A DNA stretch of 63,871 nt, the filler included, from Hausera hauseri (Eukaryota), in assembly GCA_046269625.1 (NCBI GenBank). It is 13 parts of 13 records of this genome, joined end to end, with 100 filler letters (N's around TTAATTAATTAA, not from the genome) between each part and the next. Parts side by side here need not be neighbours in the genome. Positions count along the whole stretch, not along the records: positions 45,171 to 49,776 come from JBJURY010508129.1; positions 49,877 to 54,851 come from JBJURY010373592.1; positions 54,952 to 59,150 come from JBJURY010705215.1; positions 59,251 to 63,871 come from JBJURY010500131.1; 9 more parts are not named here. One strand, 5' to 3'. Each line of letters opens with the position of its first letter. Position 1 is the stretch's first letter. The notes beneath the pieces are model-generated. The model had not been told where the DNA came from, made no database searches, and saw only the letters and a list, made by a program, of their open reading frames with translations. This document shows, piece by piece, positions 49,521 to 62,549 of this stretch. The position numbers and the translations under genes are program-made.

Positions 49521-49776
49521 GACAGATATAAGACCAGCCAAACGCTACAATTTAAGACAGCGAGAAGCCAAGACATCGTCATATGTCATAAGACCGGTAT
49601 CATATGCACAGATAATAGTAACCTTATCGCTGATTGCTGTTCTAACACCCAAGTTCAATGCTCAATGGTGGGTCAACGAAACTTTGTTGAGCGATACATA
49701 TGGAATCCAGCAAACCGGATTAAAACCATCGCAACCAAAAGAGGGAACTCCCGAACGCAAAACAAGGCAGAAAGAT
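49498..49776 (+). CDS. Integrase tail continuing into a signal-peptide-like segment and the start of a secreted or membrane protein (truncated)
   Basis: SIQRV...RYNLR...IIVTLSLIAVLTPKFNAQWWVNET with no intervening stop. Confidence 0.55.
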
Positions 49777-49876
49777 NNNNNNNNNNNNNNNNNNNNNNNN
49801 NNNNNNNNNNNNNNNNNNNNTTAATTAATTAANNNNNNNNNNNNNNNNNNNNNNNNNNNNNNNNNNNNNNNNNNNN
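49777..49876. other. Artificial contig spacer
   Basis: 44 N + TTAATTAATTAA + 44 N. Confidence 0.98.
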
Positions 49877-49887
49877 AACCCACAAAT

Positions 49888-49899
49888 TGGTGTCAGAAG
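49888..49899 (+). promoter_or_regulatory. Putative tRNA-Leu primer binding site
   Basis: TGGTGTCAGAAG following ...CACAAAT; a short possibly gag-like ORF follows at 50015-50251. Confidence 0.5.
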
Positions 49900-50449
49900 A
49901 TAATTTGAATATTTGCTTCTGCCATTGTTGCTTTCTTACGTCACTTAAAATTATTTTATTTTAATTTTATTTCATGTAATGTCAGAAAATAAATGACCTT
50001 CAAATTCAAGAAGATTGAGAGAATTTCATTTAACTCCCGACAACACGTCAATTAATTCTAACGATGATGAATTGGGATTTCAAAAATATCTCCAATTACA
50101 GGTTGAAAGAGAATTTGAAGAATCTTCAGAATCGGAAAAGAATGCTAGAGTTGTATGGGAGGGACTCGATCTCAATACTAAAAAAGAATATATAAAGATT
50201 AAAAGGGTATTGTCAATCAAGTTTAGTGGTGTTTATGTGTTTGTAGAATGATGCATATTCTTCTGATTCTTCAAAAAAGCCCCATAGATTGTCATCGAAT
50301 TCGCAGCCAGGTAAAAAGGCCAAAAAGGATATTCTGACAAAACCATATATATCAACAAAATCATCCATTTGGCTTTTAGTGTTTTTTAAAAAACGAATAT
50401 ATTTAAATATTCAATACTTTCATTTCTATGGCAAGGAATAATTTACTAT

Positions 50450-53400
50450 ATGGATCACCGGTGAAGTTGCCAGAAGTCTCGAATTGCTAGACACAATTGA
50501 TGATGGTCAACAAATTCAGTGTATAAAATTTCCGGGTACTTATTATGTGTCAGATCAATCGAAAGTTGCATTATTGTTTAACAATTCTCCAGAAAAGATA
50601 CAATTTATCGTCATTCTTGAGGAAGATGCTGTTGGCCAAGAATCAGGTTCACATATTGCCATGGCGGCTGGTGGTATTAATCCGAAAGAATGCACAAATC
50701 GTATTACTTCCTTGATAACAATGTACCCAAATCAAGGGAGTCTTGGACCGTATAAAAATTCCTGTTTTGTTGGACTTGAAACCAGAATTAATTGATTTCG
50801 GAAGATGCTATGAAAATGAAATGAAAACCAACATTGTGACTATTTTTAATCGATCTAAGCTGTCTTCTTGCCTTATCCAATTACCACGAGAAGCACATTT
50901 TTATATTGAACCGAGAAACTGTAAAGTCCTCCCGAACGACAGCGTCGAATTAACTGTTACATTTCATCCAAAACAATATGGTCTATTCATCATTAATTAA
51001 TTCATCAAAGTTTTGGCCTACGTAAAAGATCCAGATAATCCATTTTATGAAACGCAACGTCCTATTTATGAGCAATTCTTTTTCATTTCCGGAGAATGTG
51101 TATCAACCACAAAAGAAGTCGAACCGAAATATTATCCGGGCATAACCCCGTTAGTTGCCAACAAAGTTGGTCAGTGTGCAGAAACAAAATTTTCCGATTT
51201 GGGAGTTAAACTGATCGTGTATCCGGTGATGGCATACGTTACATCGAATGCAGTGGCCAATGGAGGCACAGTTGGATCAGAAATGTTTATGTCTACGGAG
51301 TCCAAAAAGAATCCGTTTAATAACAGAACAGCTTATGTAGCATTTTTTAACGATTTGGCTGACATTATACGGCCATTTGAGAGACACAAAGAATTCAGGA
51401 CGATCATGAAAAGAGTCAAGAGGTACAGTTACATTGATTCAGATTACGAATACACTGATGACGAAATTCGAAAACTTTGTCATCACGATGATGGTTATTT
51501 ATCGTTAATTTGAAAAAGTCAAGTATTGAAAAAATATCAAAATTAAATGCGAAGTTTGCATCATTTGAAGATGAACTAAACCTGGGGATTATTCCTGGTA
51601 ATGGTTTTGTACCCCAAAATTAGGTATTAATCAAATGAAAGGAACCAAATTGAATGACTCTCAGAAGGCTAAAAATGATTTCCAGTTACTTAGCAGCAAA
51701 GACCTAAAATAATCTGATAATGTTATCGACATAGCCAAAATTGATGCATTTCATGCTGTGCCAACAACAAAAGTAGAAAACACGAATGCTCCCGAAGGTT
51801 ATTGCCGCAAGAACTTCATCATATTGTTATTGGACCTAGCACGGTCAATTTTGAAGATGTCTGTATCAGATTGTCGACGACAAGGGATCTGTGTGTCGTT
51901 AACAATCTCCAACAACCCACTTTTATTCGTGTTGTCATCGACTGTAAAGAACTTCGACAGAGTAGTCCATTATCTCAAGTTATCCCTACAAAGACGAAAA
52001 CCGTTTTTCCCTTAGTGTTTGAGTCTGATAAAAAAGGTAAATTTCAAAGAAACCTCAGCTAGATAATCAACGGTTATTACCAGAACCATGTGATTGTTTT
52101 GGCTAATGTTGTACTGAATCAGCTGTAAATTTCTACCGATCACATATTTCTGCATTCGTCTCCTATTTAACCTCCAGATTCTACCATTCGCAATACTATT
52201 ACTTTGACAAATCCTCTTAACAATGCTACTCAATTTCTTTGGGAACCAGTATTCAATTTTTCAGGAGACATTGCATTCTCTATAAGACCTAAAGAAGATT
52301 TTGTTTTACATATTCCTGGGAACGAGGAAAACAGCATGGATGTTACCACACAAGATACCATGCAATCTAATAGCACTACCGTGTCAAATGCTTACAAAAC
52401 ATCGAAAAATATCCAATGTGTTGCAATGCTAGGAAGCCCCCATGTAACATTTTAATCCCGTCAAGTGATGTTTGGTAACATTCCGATCAATTTGATCACA
52501 ACCAGAACAGCTATTCTAATCAACACTGGATCTCATCATGCTTTCTTTAGAGTTGCGACTGATTCGGTTTACGAACAGTTTCCGGGAATGTTGATTTCGT
52601 CCCTCAAAGGTTCGGTCGCAGTTGGCGGACAAACGGAATTAACGGTCAAGTACCATTCGAAAACATTAACGAAATTAGACTGTTCCATTCCAATTGTTAT
52701 CCGAGGTTGGAAGGAAATCGAATTGAAAATTAACGGAACTGTTATTATACCTCAAATTGAGATTTCTCAGAAGCAAATTGAATGCGGTGGGGTTCCTGTC
52801 GGTTCGGAGAAAATTGTTTACTTCGAATTAGCAAATAAATCACCATGTCGAGCTCAAATTGAGTTTGATTTTGACAAATTCAAAGATTTTGCTATCTTTC
52901 CGAAATGTTTTGAGCAGACTGATCAGAACGAGATGAATTTATATTTGTTTACATTGAAACCATTGGAAACTGTTGAATGTCAGTTGGTTTTTACACCTAC
53001 CGAGGTTGCATCTTACGACTTTCCACTTTCGGTCAGCATAGACCAAATAGAAATGACATGTCAAACTCCAGTTCGAACAGCTAGGAATAATTCCGGCTCT
53101 GTCCCCAAAGATTCGTTTAAAACCGCAATTTCTTTAACATCTGAAAGAAGTACTTTAGAAGATAACAAAAGCCTAGCTCTTATTCGAACAAATTTAATTC
53201 GTCATGTTACCGCTACTGCAGCTCGGCAGCCCATCAGTATTTCTAACAGTTTTTCGCTTTCCATTACTTTGCAATGTCGGAATCAACAATGAATGTGAAG
53301 AAACTGCTCATTTTCAACACTATGGAAACATCAATTGAAGTTGCCATAAAGCTAACGTCCGCCATTTGGAAATATGGCACTGATAAAGACAATTTAAAGA

Positions 53401-53500
53401 GAATTCCTAAATCTAAGTTGGGATTCTTCTATTTGTTAGTCGAAAATGAAGAACTCGTCAACAGAAATGCCATGATCGAACACCGCAATATATCCGATTA
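50450..53500 (+). pseudogene. CFAP47: CFAP47-like (cilia- and flagella-associated, ASH/Ig repeats) intronless pseudogene fragment
   Basis: PGITPLVAN, AFFNDLA.IIRP, RYSYIDSDYEY, IVIGPSTVNFEDVC...NNL, SPLSQVIP, FTPTEVASYDFPL. Many stops and internal deletions. Confidence 0.75.
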
Positions 53501-53889
53501 CACTCCGTTAAGTTTGGTGGCATTCGGCGGTTACTTTATTGTCATTATTCTCCATTTCCTGAGTAGCGAGAATCAGTCGACGAGTTCAAAATTCGTTACA
53601 ATTCTTTACAATATACTCTTAAAGTATCTTAGCAACAATCTATTTACCAAAAGAAAAAACGAATATTCGAGAGGTGTCGACGTGACCTGCATTCACTTGA
53701 TCAACAAAGATGATCCACTGGAGAAAATACTTCAAATGTGGCCAAATTTGACATCCAGGACTCAGATATTCAAACACAGGTGGACGACGTTCTTTTTACT
53801 GATTTACGCCTAACAGTGCGTCCATGTTTTTCGCATTTACAAATCCTTTATAGCTCCCACCATTTTTCACTCTAAAAGTTTTTAGTTTA

Positions 53890-54851
53890 ATGTTTTTGGA
53901 TACTCTTTTACTCCAGTCATCACTTGCCACCGCTATCCTGGCTGCACGCCAATATCTCTTGTTAGCACGGACGCAAACTGCACAAGCTCCTTTTCCATTT
54001 TACCATTCTCCTGGATTTGTTTTGCTGCAACTTTCCTTCCTTATCTTCAATAACAATCAACACATAACGACTATTAAGGGTCCAATCAATTCCACGGCGC
54101 ATGTACTATACACCTCTCTATCGTCCTCACTCGACACTGCCAATTTCTATTTCACATATTGGGTTATCACTGTACATCCCATCGACTTACTCTTGCCTTT
54201 TGTATGTCATGAACGTCCAGTCATTCACATTATGCTCCATTTCTGCCTTCGGGGTGGATCGGATCCAAATCCATCCTGCTCGGATGATAAATCCACGATT
54301 ACTGGCAAGATCTATCGTTTGCCACACTCCCAACAGGCCCGAGTGTCTCTAAATTTGCCTTGTGTGGAGTTTCTCCTTGGTAAAAACAACTCCAGCAAAC
54401 CATGGCTCCAATTCCACCAACAGTGGCTAAAATCGAACAACATCACAGATTTTTTTTGTGCGAGCCAATAGACTTTTAATTCTTCTGCATGCCAACGTCA
54501 AACAGCAGATTAATAATATCTCCGAGCTGCTACAATCCTCGACACTTTACGAGACACTCTGTGAAGCTGTATTGCATGTCACGGATCCTTCTATTGACAA
54601 CATAATACAAAAGTATTTTAATGACCACGCAATAAAAAACCAAAAGCCATCCGACTTTTTCCAAACGGCCATTATGCAGCTTAGCACGCTAGGAGTGACC
54701 CCTACGAATAACGCGGATTTAATTTGCCGTTATTTCTTATTGTCTTTGCCTACCTCAATCAGAGCCTTACTAATCGTTGTTGACGAATCCACTGCTATCG
54801 AAAAACTGGCAATAATGGCTGACAAATCCTTTGAGATTCTTTATACTAACA
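53890..54851 (+). pseudogene. gag: Leader + ubiquitin-like domain (..HFCLRGG) + CsRn1-like Gag; one frameshift in a T run
   Basis: LSFLIF...NFYFTY...VIHIMLHFCLRGG (54025-54258), then NLP...KPWL..., and QKPSDFF...RYFLLSLPTSIRALL...IEKLAIMADK. Confidence 0.8.
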
Positions 54852-54951
54852 NNNNNNNNNNNNNNNNNNNNNNNNNNNNNNNNNNNNNNNNNNNNTTAAT
54901 TAATTAANNNNNNNNNNNNNNNNNNNNNNNNNNNNNNNNNNNNNNNNNNNN
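54852..54951. other. Artificial contig spacer
   Basis: 44 N + TTAATTAATTAA + 44 N. Confidence 0.98.
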
Positions 54952-57069
54952 TGTTTCGTTGATGTTTTGTCGACTTAATGAATATCCGTCTAATATTTAG
55001 CTAATAACATGTCATTGTTCATGTGTAAAGTTAATATTTATATAGAAGGAAGAAATATTAGTGATTTGACTGATAATTAGACGAATACATTGTACTTTGA
55101 CATAACATGAACGGCAAACTGAAAATCCGACTATAGTAAACCAAGGTTGAAAAAAGAAACTAAAGGTCTTTGAAATTTCAACATTTCTCTACATGTTAGG
55201 GGAAAATTGAAGAAGCCCAAAATGACGTAATATTTACAATCTTAGCTTTGTTTGGGAATTAGAATAAAGTTTTGCATTTGTAGAATCTGTAGAACTTGCA
55301 AAACTTTGACTGGCAGTAAGATGTTGTTCCTTGTTAGCTAATGATATTTTTGGTTAAAAAAATAATTCAGAATCTACGATAAAATTGAACTAGAAACAGT
55401 TAAAATGTCGATATAAATGACGACACAAATCGATAAAAATGACGCCATAAAGCGTTTACTTGCTTGTGTATAAGCAGCTCAAACAGAGAAACTGTGAAGT
55501 AGACAGTTCCTCTTTTTCCAAAAAGAGTTGGTCGATTTCGAATCATCGATTTTGCCCAAGAAAGTTGGTAATTAAAAATCGCAACTTTATCAAATAGTAA
55601 ATTTTGAATCACAATTTTTTAAAAAATGTATGTCTATCAACATTATTAAATCATACCGTGCCAGTCCATACTTTTCAACCGATTATATACAACTTCATGA
55701 CCGTCGCTATTAAATCCATACCTTAATACAAACCAATAAGAAGAAAACAAAAATCTAAATCCAACCTATTTATAATTGCTTCATCCATCGGAAGTCGAAA
55801 CACTATATAAATTATATATTGCGTAAAATACTTATCCTTAATACATTCTAGGACTTAAGTACTTTTATTTCGTAAGAACATATGACCAGTATATTATTGG
55901 ATAAATATACATACAACCACTCGAATGGCTGTATGAGTAACAACATATCTAACAACGAATGAATTAAATGCACATTTCATTCATTCAAATATCTACAAAT
56001 TTCTACAAATTGACTAATAAAAAGTTAGCGATAACAGACTAGACAGTGCGGGTTGTTTCTAAATATTATTTATTAATTAAAATAGTACAAATTATTATTA
56101 GAACAACCCAGTCCCGTTTATGCAAAAGCGACTGACTACAACAAATGAAAATGAAATTTGACAAAAATTAACAAATAATGTACAATTACTCGATAATTTG
56201 GTTTTTTAATTATAACCAAGAAAACGTTTTTCAATTATTTACTAATGCAAAATATCCTTTGTACTGAATGCATTATTTTTTCAGCTTGTTACTGTTCAGG
56301 AAACATACACAAAGCAGACTTGTAACAAACTTTTTGCGTACTTTTTAATCGTTTCCTTATGTTAAAATTATCTATTAATTGTCTCTAAAACAGAAGTTTT
56401 TCAAAATACACACTGATTCACAAACAAAGTAATGAATTAATTGAAAAATGTAATTGAAGATTTCTTAGTTCAACGAACTCGTTGCATGTTACTTTCTCAT
56501 CAATCAAAATTGGCAATCTGATACAGTTAAACAAATCCTTTAAATTTCGTTTCATCTAAATAAGTTTCGATGTTTAAATGACAGAAATACGTTGATTTTT
56601 GTAGACTCAGATTTGTTTAAAACTATTGTATACTTTATGCAGTGCTGCTAATGACCCCAATCAAAATTACCCTCCGCAAACAGCAAAATTACTTGATTTT
56701 ACCTGTATTTGAAGTTACCCTATATATTACCCAGTCCCTTTTGTAATTAAATAAAGCAGACAAATTGAAAGCTACAGATGACAGTTCATCATTTTACCAG
56801 CAGGAGGAGAGTTGTAGAGCTTGGCCTGTCCCCAGAATTAATCCAGCTGCCTTTAACACTTGGTGCTCAGCTGCTGTTTTAGTGGCGGGCTCCTCCTGTA
56901 ACACCACTCATAAATCACACACCGCAAAACCAAACAGCTTCTTGCTCCAAATCTCCTATTCTGCATGCTAACCCACAGCGATTCCTTTGTAATGCACGTT
57001 TTTTTTCTTTGATGAGCGTTCGAAAAATGCTTACTCGAGCAAGTCTGGAGTGCTACAATTTAAAATTTG

Positions 57070-59150
57070 TCTCGTCTTTTGAAATTGCAGTTTTTTACGT
57101 AATTTATTCAGATTTCAAGTTTTTCTATCATTTTGTCTTTTGTCTCCCTTTTTCGTTTTGAATTTTTTCGATTTTTTGAAATTACGAAAATGTGTTTTTT
57201 GGACGAAAAATTTTGAAATTTTTCTGGTCTTTTCTAATTTCACTTTTTTGCGTAATTTACATACTTTGAAGATTTTGTTCCCATTTTTTGGTCTTTTGTC
57301 TCGCCTATTTTAATTTCGAATTTTTTCAATTTTTTGAAATTACGAAAATTTCTTTTTTCGACCGAAAATTTTGTAATTTTTATGGTCTTTTCTAATTTCA
57401 CATTTTTTTGCGTAATTTACTTACATAGAAGATTTTCTATCATTTTTTAGTCTTTTCTCTCGCCTTTCTTAATTTTGAATTTTTTAAAATTTGTCCAACC
57501 GCTCCACTTTAACAAAATTTGATTTTTCAATGAAGAAAATTTGGCATTTTTCTGATCTATTCTAATTTCAGTTTCTTGCGTAATTTACTCAGATTTGAAG
57601 TTTTTATTTATTTATTTTTTTTTGGTCTTGTGTATCGCCTATTTTAATTTTGAATTTTTTCAATTTTTTGAAATTACGAAAATTTGTTTTTTGGATGTAA
57701 AATTTTGAATATGTTCTGGTCTCTTGTAATTTCACTTTTTTACGTAATTTACTTACTTTCAAGATTTTCTACCACTTTTTGGTCTTTTGTCTCGCCTATC
57801 TTAATTTTGAATTGTTAAGAATTTTTTCACCCGCTCCACTTTACCAAAATTTGCTTTTTCCACAAAGAAATTTGAAATTTTTCTTTTCTAATTTTAGTTT
57901 CTTGCGTAATGTACTCAGATTTGAAGTTTTTATTCTTTTTTTTTTTTTGGTCTTAGTCTCGTATATTTTAATTTTGAATTTTTTCATTTTGAAATTACGA
58001 AAATGTGTTTTTTGGACGAAAAACTTTAACATTTTTCTTGTCTTTTCTAGTTTCACTTTTTTGCGTAAATTACTTACTTTGAAGATTTTCTATCATTTTT
58101 TGGTCTTTTGTCTCGCCTATCTAAATTTGGAATTTTTTCAATTTTTTGATCCGCTCCACTTTATCAAAATTTGGTGTTTACACCCAAAAATTTGGAATTT
58201 TTCTGGTCTTTCATAATTTCAATTTTTTGCGTAATTTACTCAGATTTGAAGTTTCTCTATCATTTTTTGGTCTTTTGTCTCGCCTATTTTAATTTTGAAT
58301 TTTTTAAATTTTTTAAAATTACGAAAATTCGTTTTTTGGACGAAAAATTTTGAAAATTTTCTGGTCTCTTCTAATTTCACTTTTTTGCGTAATTTACTTA
58401 CTTTCACTTTTTGGTCTTTTGTCTCGCCTATCTTAATCTGGAATTGTTAAGAACTATTTCACCCGCTACACTTTACCAAAATTTGCCCTTTCCACATAGA
58501 ATATTTGAAATTTTTCTTTTCTTTTCTAATTTTAGTTTCTTGCGTAATGTACTCAGATTTAAAGTTGTTCTATCATTTTTTGGTCTTTTGTCTTGCCTAT
58601 TTTAATTTTGAATTTTTTCAATTTTTTGAAATTACGAAAATTTTTTTTTTCAGCCCAACATTTTGTAATTTTTATGGTATTTTCTAATTTCAGTTTTTTG
58701 CGTAATTTACTTACTTTGAAGATTTTTAATCATTTTTTGGTCTTTTGTCTCGCCTATCTTAATTTTGAATTTTTTCAATTTTTTGATCCGCTCCACTTTT
58801 CCATAATTTGGTTTTTGCACCAAAAAATTTGGAATTTTTCTGGTCTTTTATGATTTCAGTTTTTTGCGTAATTTATTTAGATTTGAAGTTTTTCTATCAT
58901 TTTTCGGTCTTTTGTTTCGCCTATCTTAATTTTGAAATTTTTCTTGTCTTTTCTAATTTCACTTTTTTGCGTAATTTACTTACTTTGAAGATTTTCTATC
59001 ATTTTTTGGTCTTTTGTCTCGCCTATCTAAATTTTGAATTTTTTCAATTTTTGTATCCGCTCCACTTTACCACAATTTGGTTTTTACATCAAATAATTTG
59101 GAATTTTTCTGGTCTTTTATAATTTCAATTTTTTGCGGAATTTACTCAGA
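57070..59150. repeat. Tandem satellite, monomer about 160 bp, A/B dimer about 320 bp
   Basis: The gcgtaatttact motif recurs about every 150-170 bp; subtypes alternate. Confidence 0.9.
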
Positions 59151-59250
59151 NNNNNNNNNNNNNNNNNNNNNNNNNNNNNNNNNNNNNNNNNNNNTTAATT
59201 AATTAANNNNNNNNNNNNNNNNNNNNNNNNNNNNNNNNNNNNNNNNNNNN
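59151..59250. other. Artificial contig spacer
   Basis: 44 N + TTAATTAATTAA + 44 N. Confidence 0.98.
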
Positions 59251-60939
59251 CTAGGATAAAAAAAAATTCATTCCTACTCCGGCGCACATCTATGGCATAG
59301 CCTTCGACACTCCGTCAATAATGTCTTAACTAGCTACTCCTTTAATTAGGCACTTTTCAAACCTTTAATCAGCACACAGACTATCTACCATCATAAAAAC
59401 TCATATCACCATCGAATCTCACTCGGAAATTTCCAGTTTCCGTTTTCGAATCTTCTATGCTCAACCCCGTCTCCGCGCGTCCCCCCTCGTCCTTTAAAGC
59501 GAACTACAATAAAGCAAATATGATTATTTCATAACGTCTCCGTTACCGTATGTGAATAAATGCACGCTGTATGAACGGTGCGAGATAAGAAGGGCAGACT
59601 GCAAGACGAATCTATGTTCCCAATTCTTATCGCTTTTAAAATAAAGTTGTTTTGATGTGTCTTCAAACTGCTTTTAGAATTGATCTCTGTCTTCTTGTTC
59701 TTAATCTCCACATCAGGGAGCGTCAGCTCTTCTGGATGAGCCATGAGAAGGGCTATTGCAGTCCTAAGAAGGACTGTGGAGGAGGGTAGCTGAGTTTTCC
59801 TCCTGTCCTAGTGGTGTCTAGGAGGTGGACCGAAGTCCTCCAGGCTTTAGTGCAATGCTTGACCTCCTGGAAGTGATCCACCTTTCAACTGGGGACCATC
59901 CCGAGCCTCTGCCAGTTAGCCGGCAGGTTTTCCTACCGTTGTCCGGGAATGACGACGTGGGCAGAGGATCTTGGGATGATTCTTCAGCCCTGCCACATTC
60001 AGGGTCGGTTATTGGTCACCGCCCACACAGCACCTCCGTCCCCTTCAACTGTAGCTAAGAATCTTAAAAACCGAGGCAGGATTGAAATATACTTTCAAAT
60101 CCTCATTAGCCGTAAGCGAATGTTTGTACTGCTCCATTGGTTTAGACAGACACGCTGCCTGAGAGTGGGTCGAGGCTAACGGAAACTGCTGAACATTTTG
60201 CAAGGGAAATGGATATACCCGATTTGAAAGGTTTGATTCGATCTTCTTGGCCGCTTTAAGAAACACCGTAATATAATAATGGCTGCAGGTGAAACAGACG
60301 CTGAGGTTGTCAAGGGTTGTGTTTTGTTTTTGCCAAAACTTAAGATGACATTTTTAACATGGATATAACAAGTGCGTTTAATATATTGTTACTGGACATG
60401 TAAGTAGCTATGAGCTTTTATGGCCGATCCCTGAGAAGCACTGGATAAATCTAGAGGAAGTAACTGAGCTTTTCTATTATCTGAATGGGTATCTAGGATG
60501 TGGGCGGGTTTGTCAGGAGGCATTGCAATGCTTGGCTTCATAAAAGTGATCCATCGTTCACTTGGGGACCATCTTGATTCTCCAACCAGTTGGTTTCCAT
60601 CCTAGGAGTGGCGTCAAGGACGTGGACGGAAGTCAGCTGGCTATAAGTGGATGAAATACTGTCTGCGTTAAAGAGATTTAAAAAAACAGTATTACCGTAG
60701 TTATAAGGACATGGAAGAGCAGTCACATTCGAAGAGAACTGGTTGCACAATCAACAGATATCACGTCTGTTTAGAACACACAAAATGCAGAGATATCGAC
60801 TAACAACTACGCACAGCTCGAATGGCAAGCTCCTGGAGAAGATAACTGCAAGGGAAATATTTTGATTGTTGTTACGTCTCCTTCCACCAACCCTTGGGAG
60901 TCCTGGAAGGACTTGCCCATTAATGTATTTGACGGTGTT

Positions 60940-61500
60940 CAATCACACAGAGAACTGCGAATAACAGCAACAAGTCTAATTAAAGCACACAATTAGCAGC
61001 AGTGGAAGCCACGGCGCAATACAAATCTGAAAGAAATAACGCAGAGAAGAGAAAATCATCATGACAGACAAATTTAAACGGTTGGAACAGCACCCCCTGC
61101 ATGATAAAACTAAAGAATTTACCAAATTAAAAAAAAACGCATGAAAAGACCAAGCTTTAACCACCTGCTAAACAAATGATAGTTGCCAATAAAGAATAAA
61201 GAAATACTGTACAAAACCCGGAAGAATGGGACATGCTCGAACACAAATACTGCCCCCATGTACTCCGTCCATTGCACAATAACAGGCATACAGAATAAAA
61301 CCATAAACACTCCTCAAATCCTAAAAACAAAAACACTCCACGTGACATTCAGTACCCTAGAACACAGTGGATATATGCATTTACCGCGGGATCTGAGAAG
61401 CAGCATTAAGAAGAGGAGGTGCAGTAGCGGAACGTGGAACTGTTCAAAGTGTTACATGTTACAAAGTGTCCAATGTCACCCACTACCCATAAAATAGATT
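60940..61500 (+). mobile_element. Decayed RNase H-bearing LINE: RT tail and start of RNase H
   Basis: KFKRLEQHPLH...RMKRPSF and WIYAFTAGS (equivalent to W..YTDGS). Confidence 0.45.
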
Positions 61501-62549
61501 AAGTAAGGTTTTTAACAGAGGATCTAGAATAAAAAAAAATCCAGGATTTGAAATTATTTAATTATATTATTTAAATTAAGAAATAGTTTACCTCTGTCTT
61601 CTTCTGGTCTAAACTTAAACTTAGTTAATTAGTTAGTCGTTACGATCTCAGCTTCATAGCAAACGAGTTGCCCCATAATTGCTCAGCCGCCCGCGCCAGT
61701 AGCAGTCACACAGAAAATCGTTGACTGTCCCACACGAAATACACTGAAATTCCAATCAGAAGTCTCGGGAAACCACCGCATCGAAAAGCTGCACACAGCT
61801 CAACGGCTTTCAGGCGACAAGCCGACGTCGGCGCTCCAAAAACAAACAATTGTCGATAGCGGGAACACACGTATTAACTATGCGCCAACTACAGCTCGCA
61901 GTGTCGCCAGGAGCACTCTCACACTCGCTTAAACTTCTCGAAAGAAATGAGTGACTTAAGTAACTCTATGATGCAGCCATACTTTCCCCTTATGACAATT
62001 TTTAAACGCCGTAAGTAGATACACGTTCGTCTGAACCTTAACCTGTCAGCATACGAGTCAACTGCCGGCGGCTAGTTTTCTAAAGAAACATGTCACGAAA
62101 ATGACCGATAATCACAACAATACCCATAGCGCCCCACCCCATCGAAAAAGAGTATGCCTAACGGGCGCTGTCCGGGAAAAATTCTAGAAAAAATCTACCC
62201 CCAGGGCAGAAATGTAAACAAGCAATACTGCCTATTTCTTAACCCTGGTTAAATAAAGATCTTATCTTATCTCCATCTATGTTAGCACAAACATTTTTCG
62301 CTAACATGGATGGAATGGGGCGAGGTGGAAATTGCTAACACGGGCTAACAGAAATGCGTTTTTTTTCTTTGGCAATGGAGAGCTGCTGGTTGTAAAATTC
62401 TCGTCGTTTATAATATTTTTTAATTTCGTTTTTTAAATTTTACATTACATATCATATTCATTTTTTTTTTCATTTTGTAAGCATCGCTAACTCCGTGAAC
62501 ATGGATACCCCGCTACTGAGGAGGAACTGGATTTAAAATATTAATGTCA

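Noticed and set aside
57070-59150. Possible CRISPR array or hydrophobic membrane ORFs
   Set aside because: Whole monomers repeat with no unique spacers and no cas genes; the ORFs are translations of T-rich satellite.
59529-60750. Possible LINE or Penelope RT remnants
   Set aside because: Motifs too degraded to support a call.
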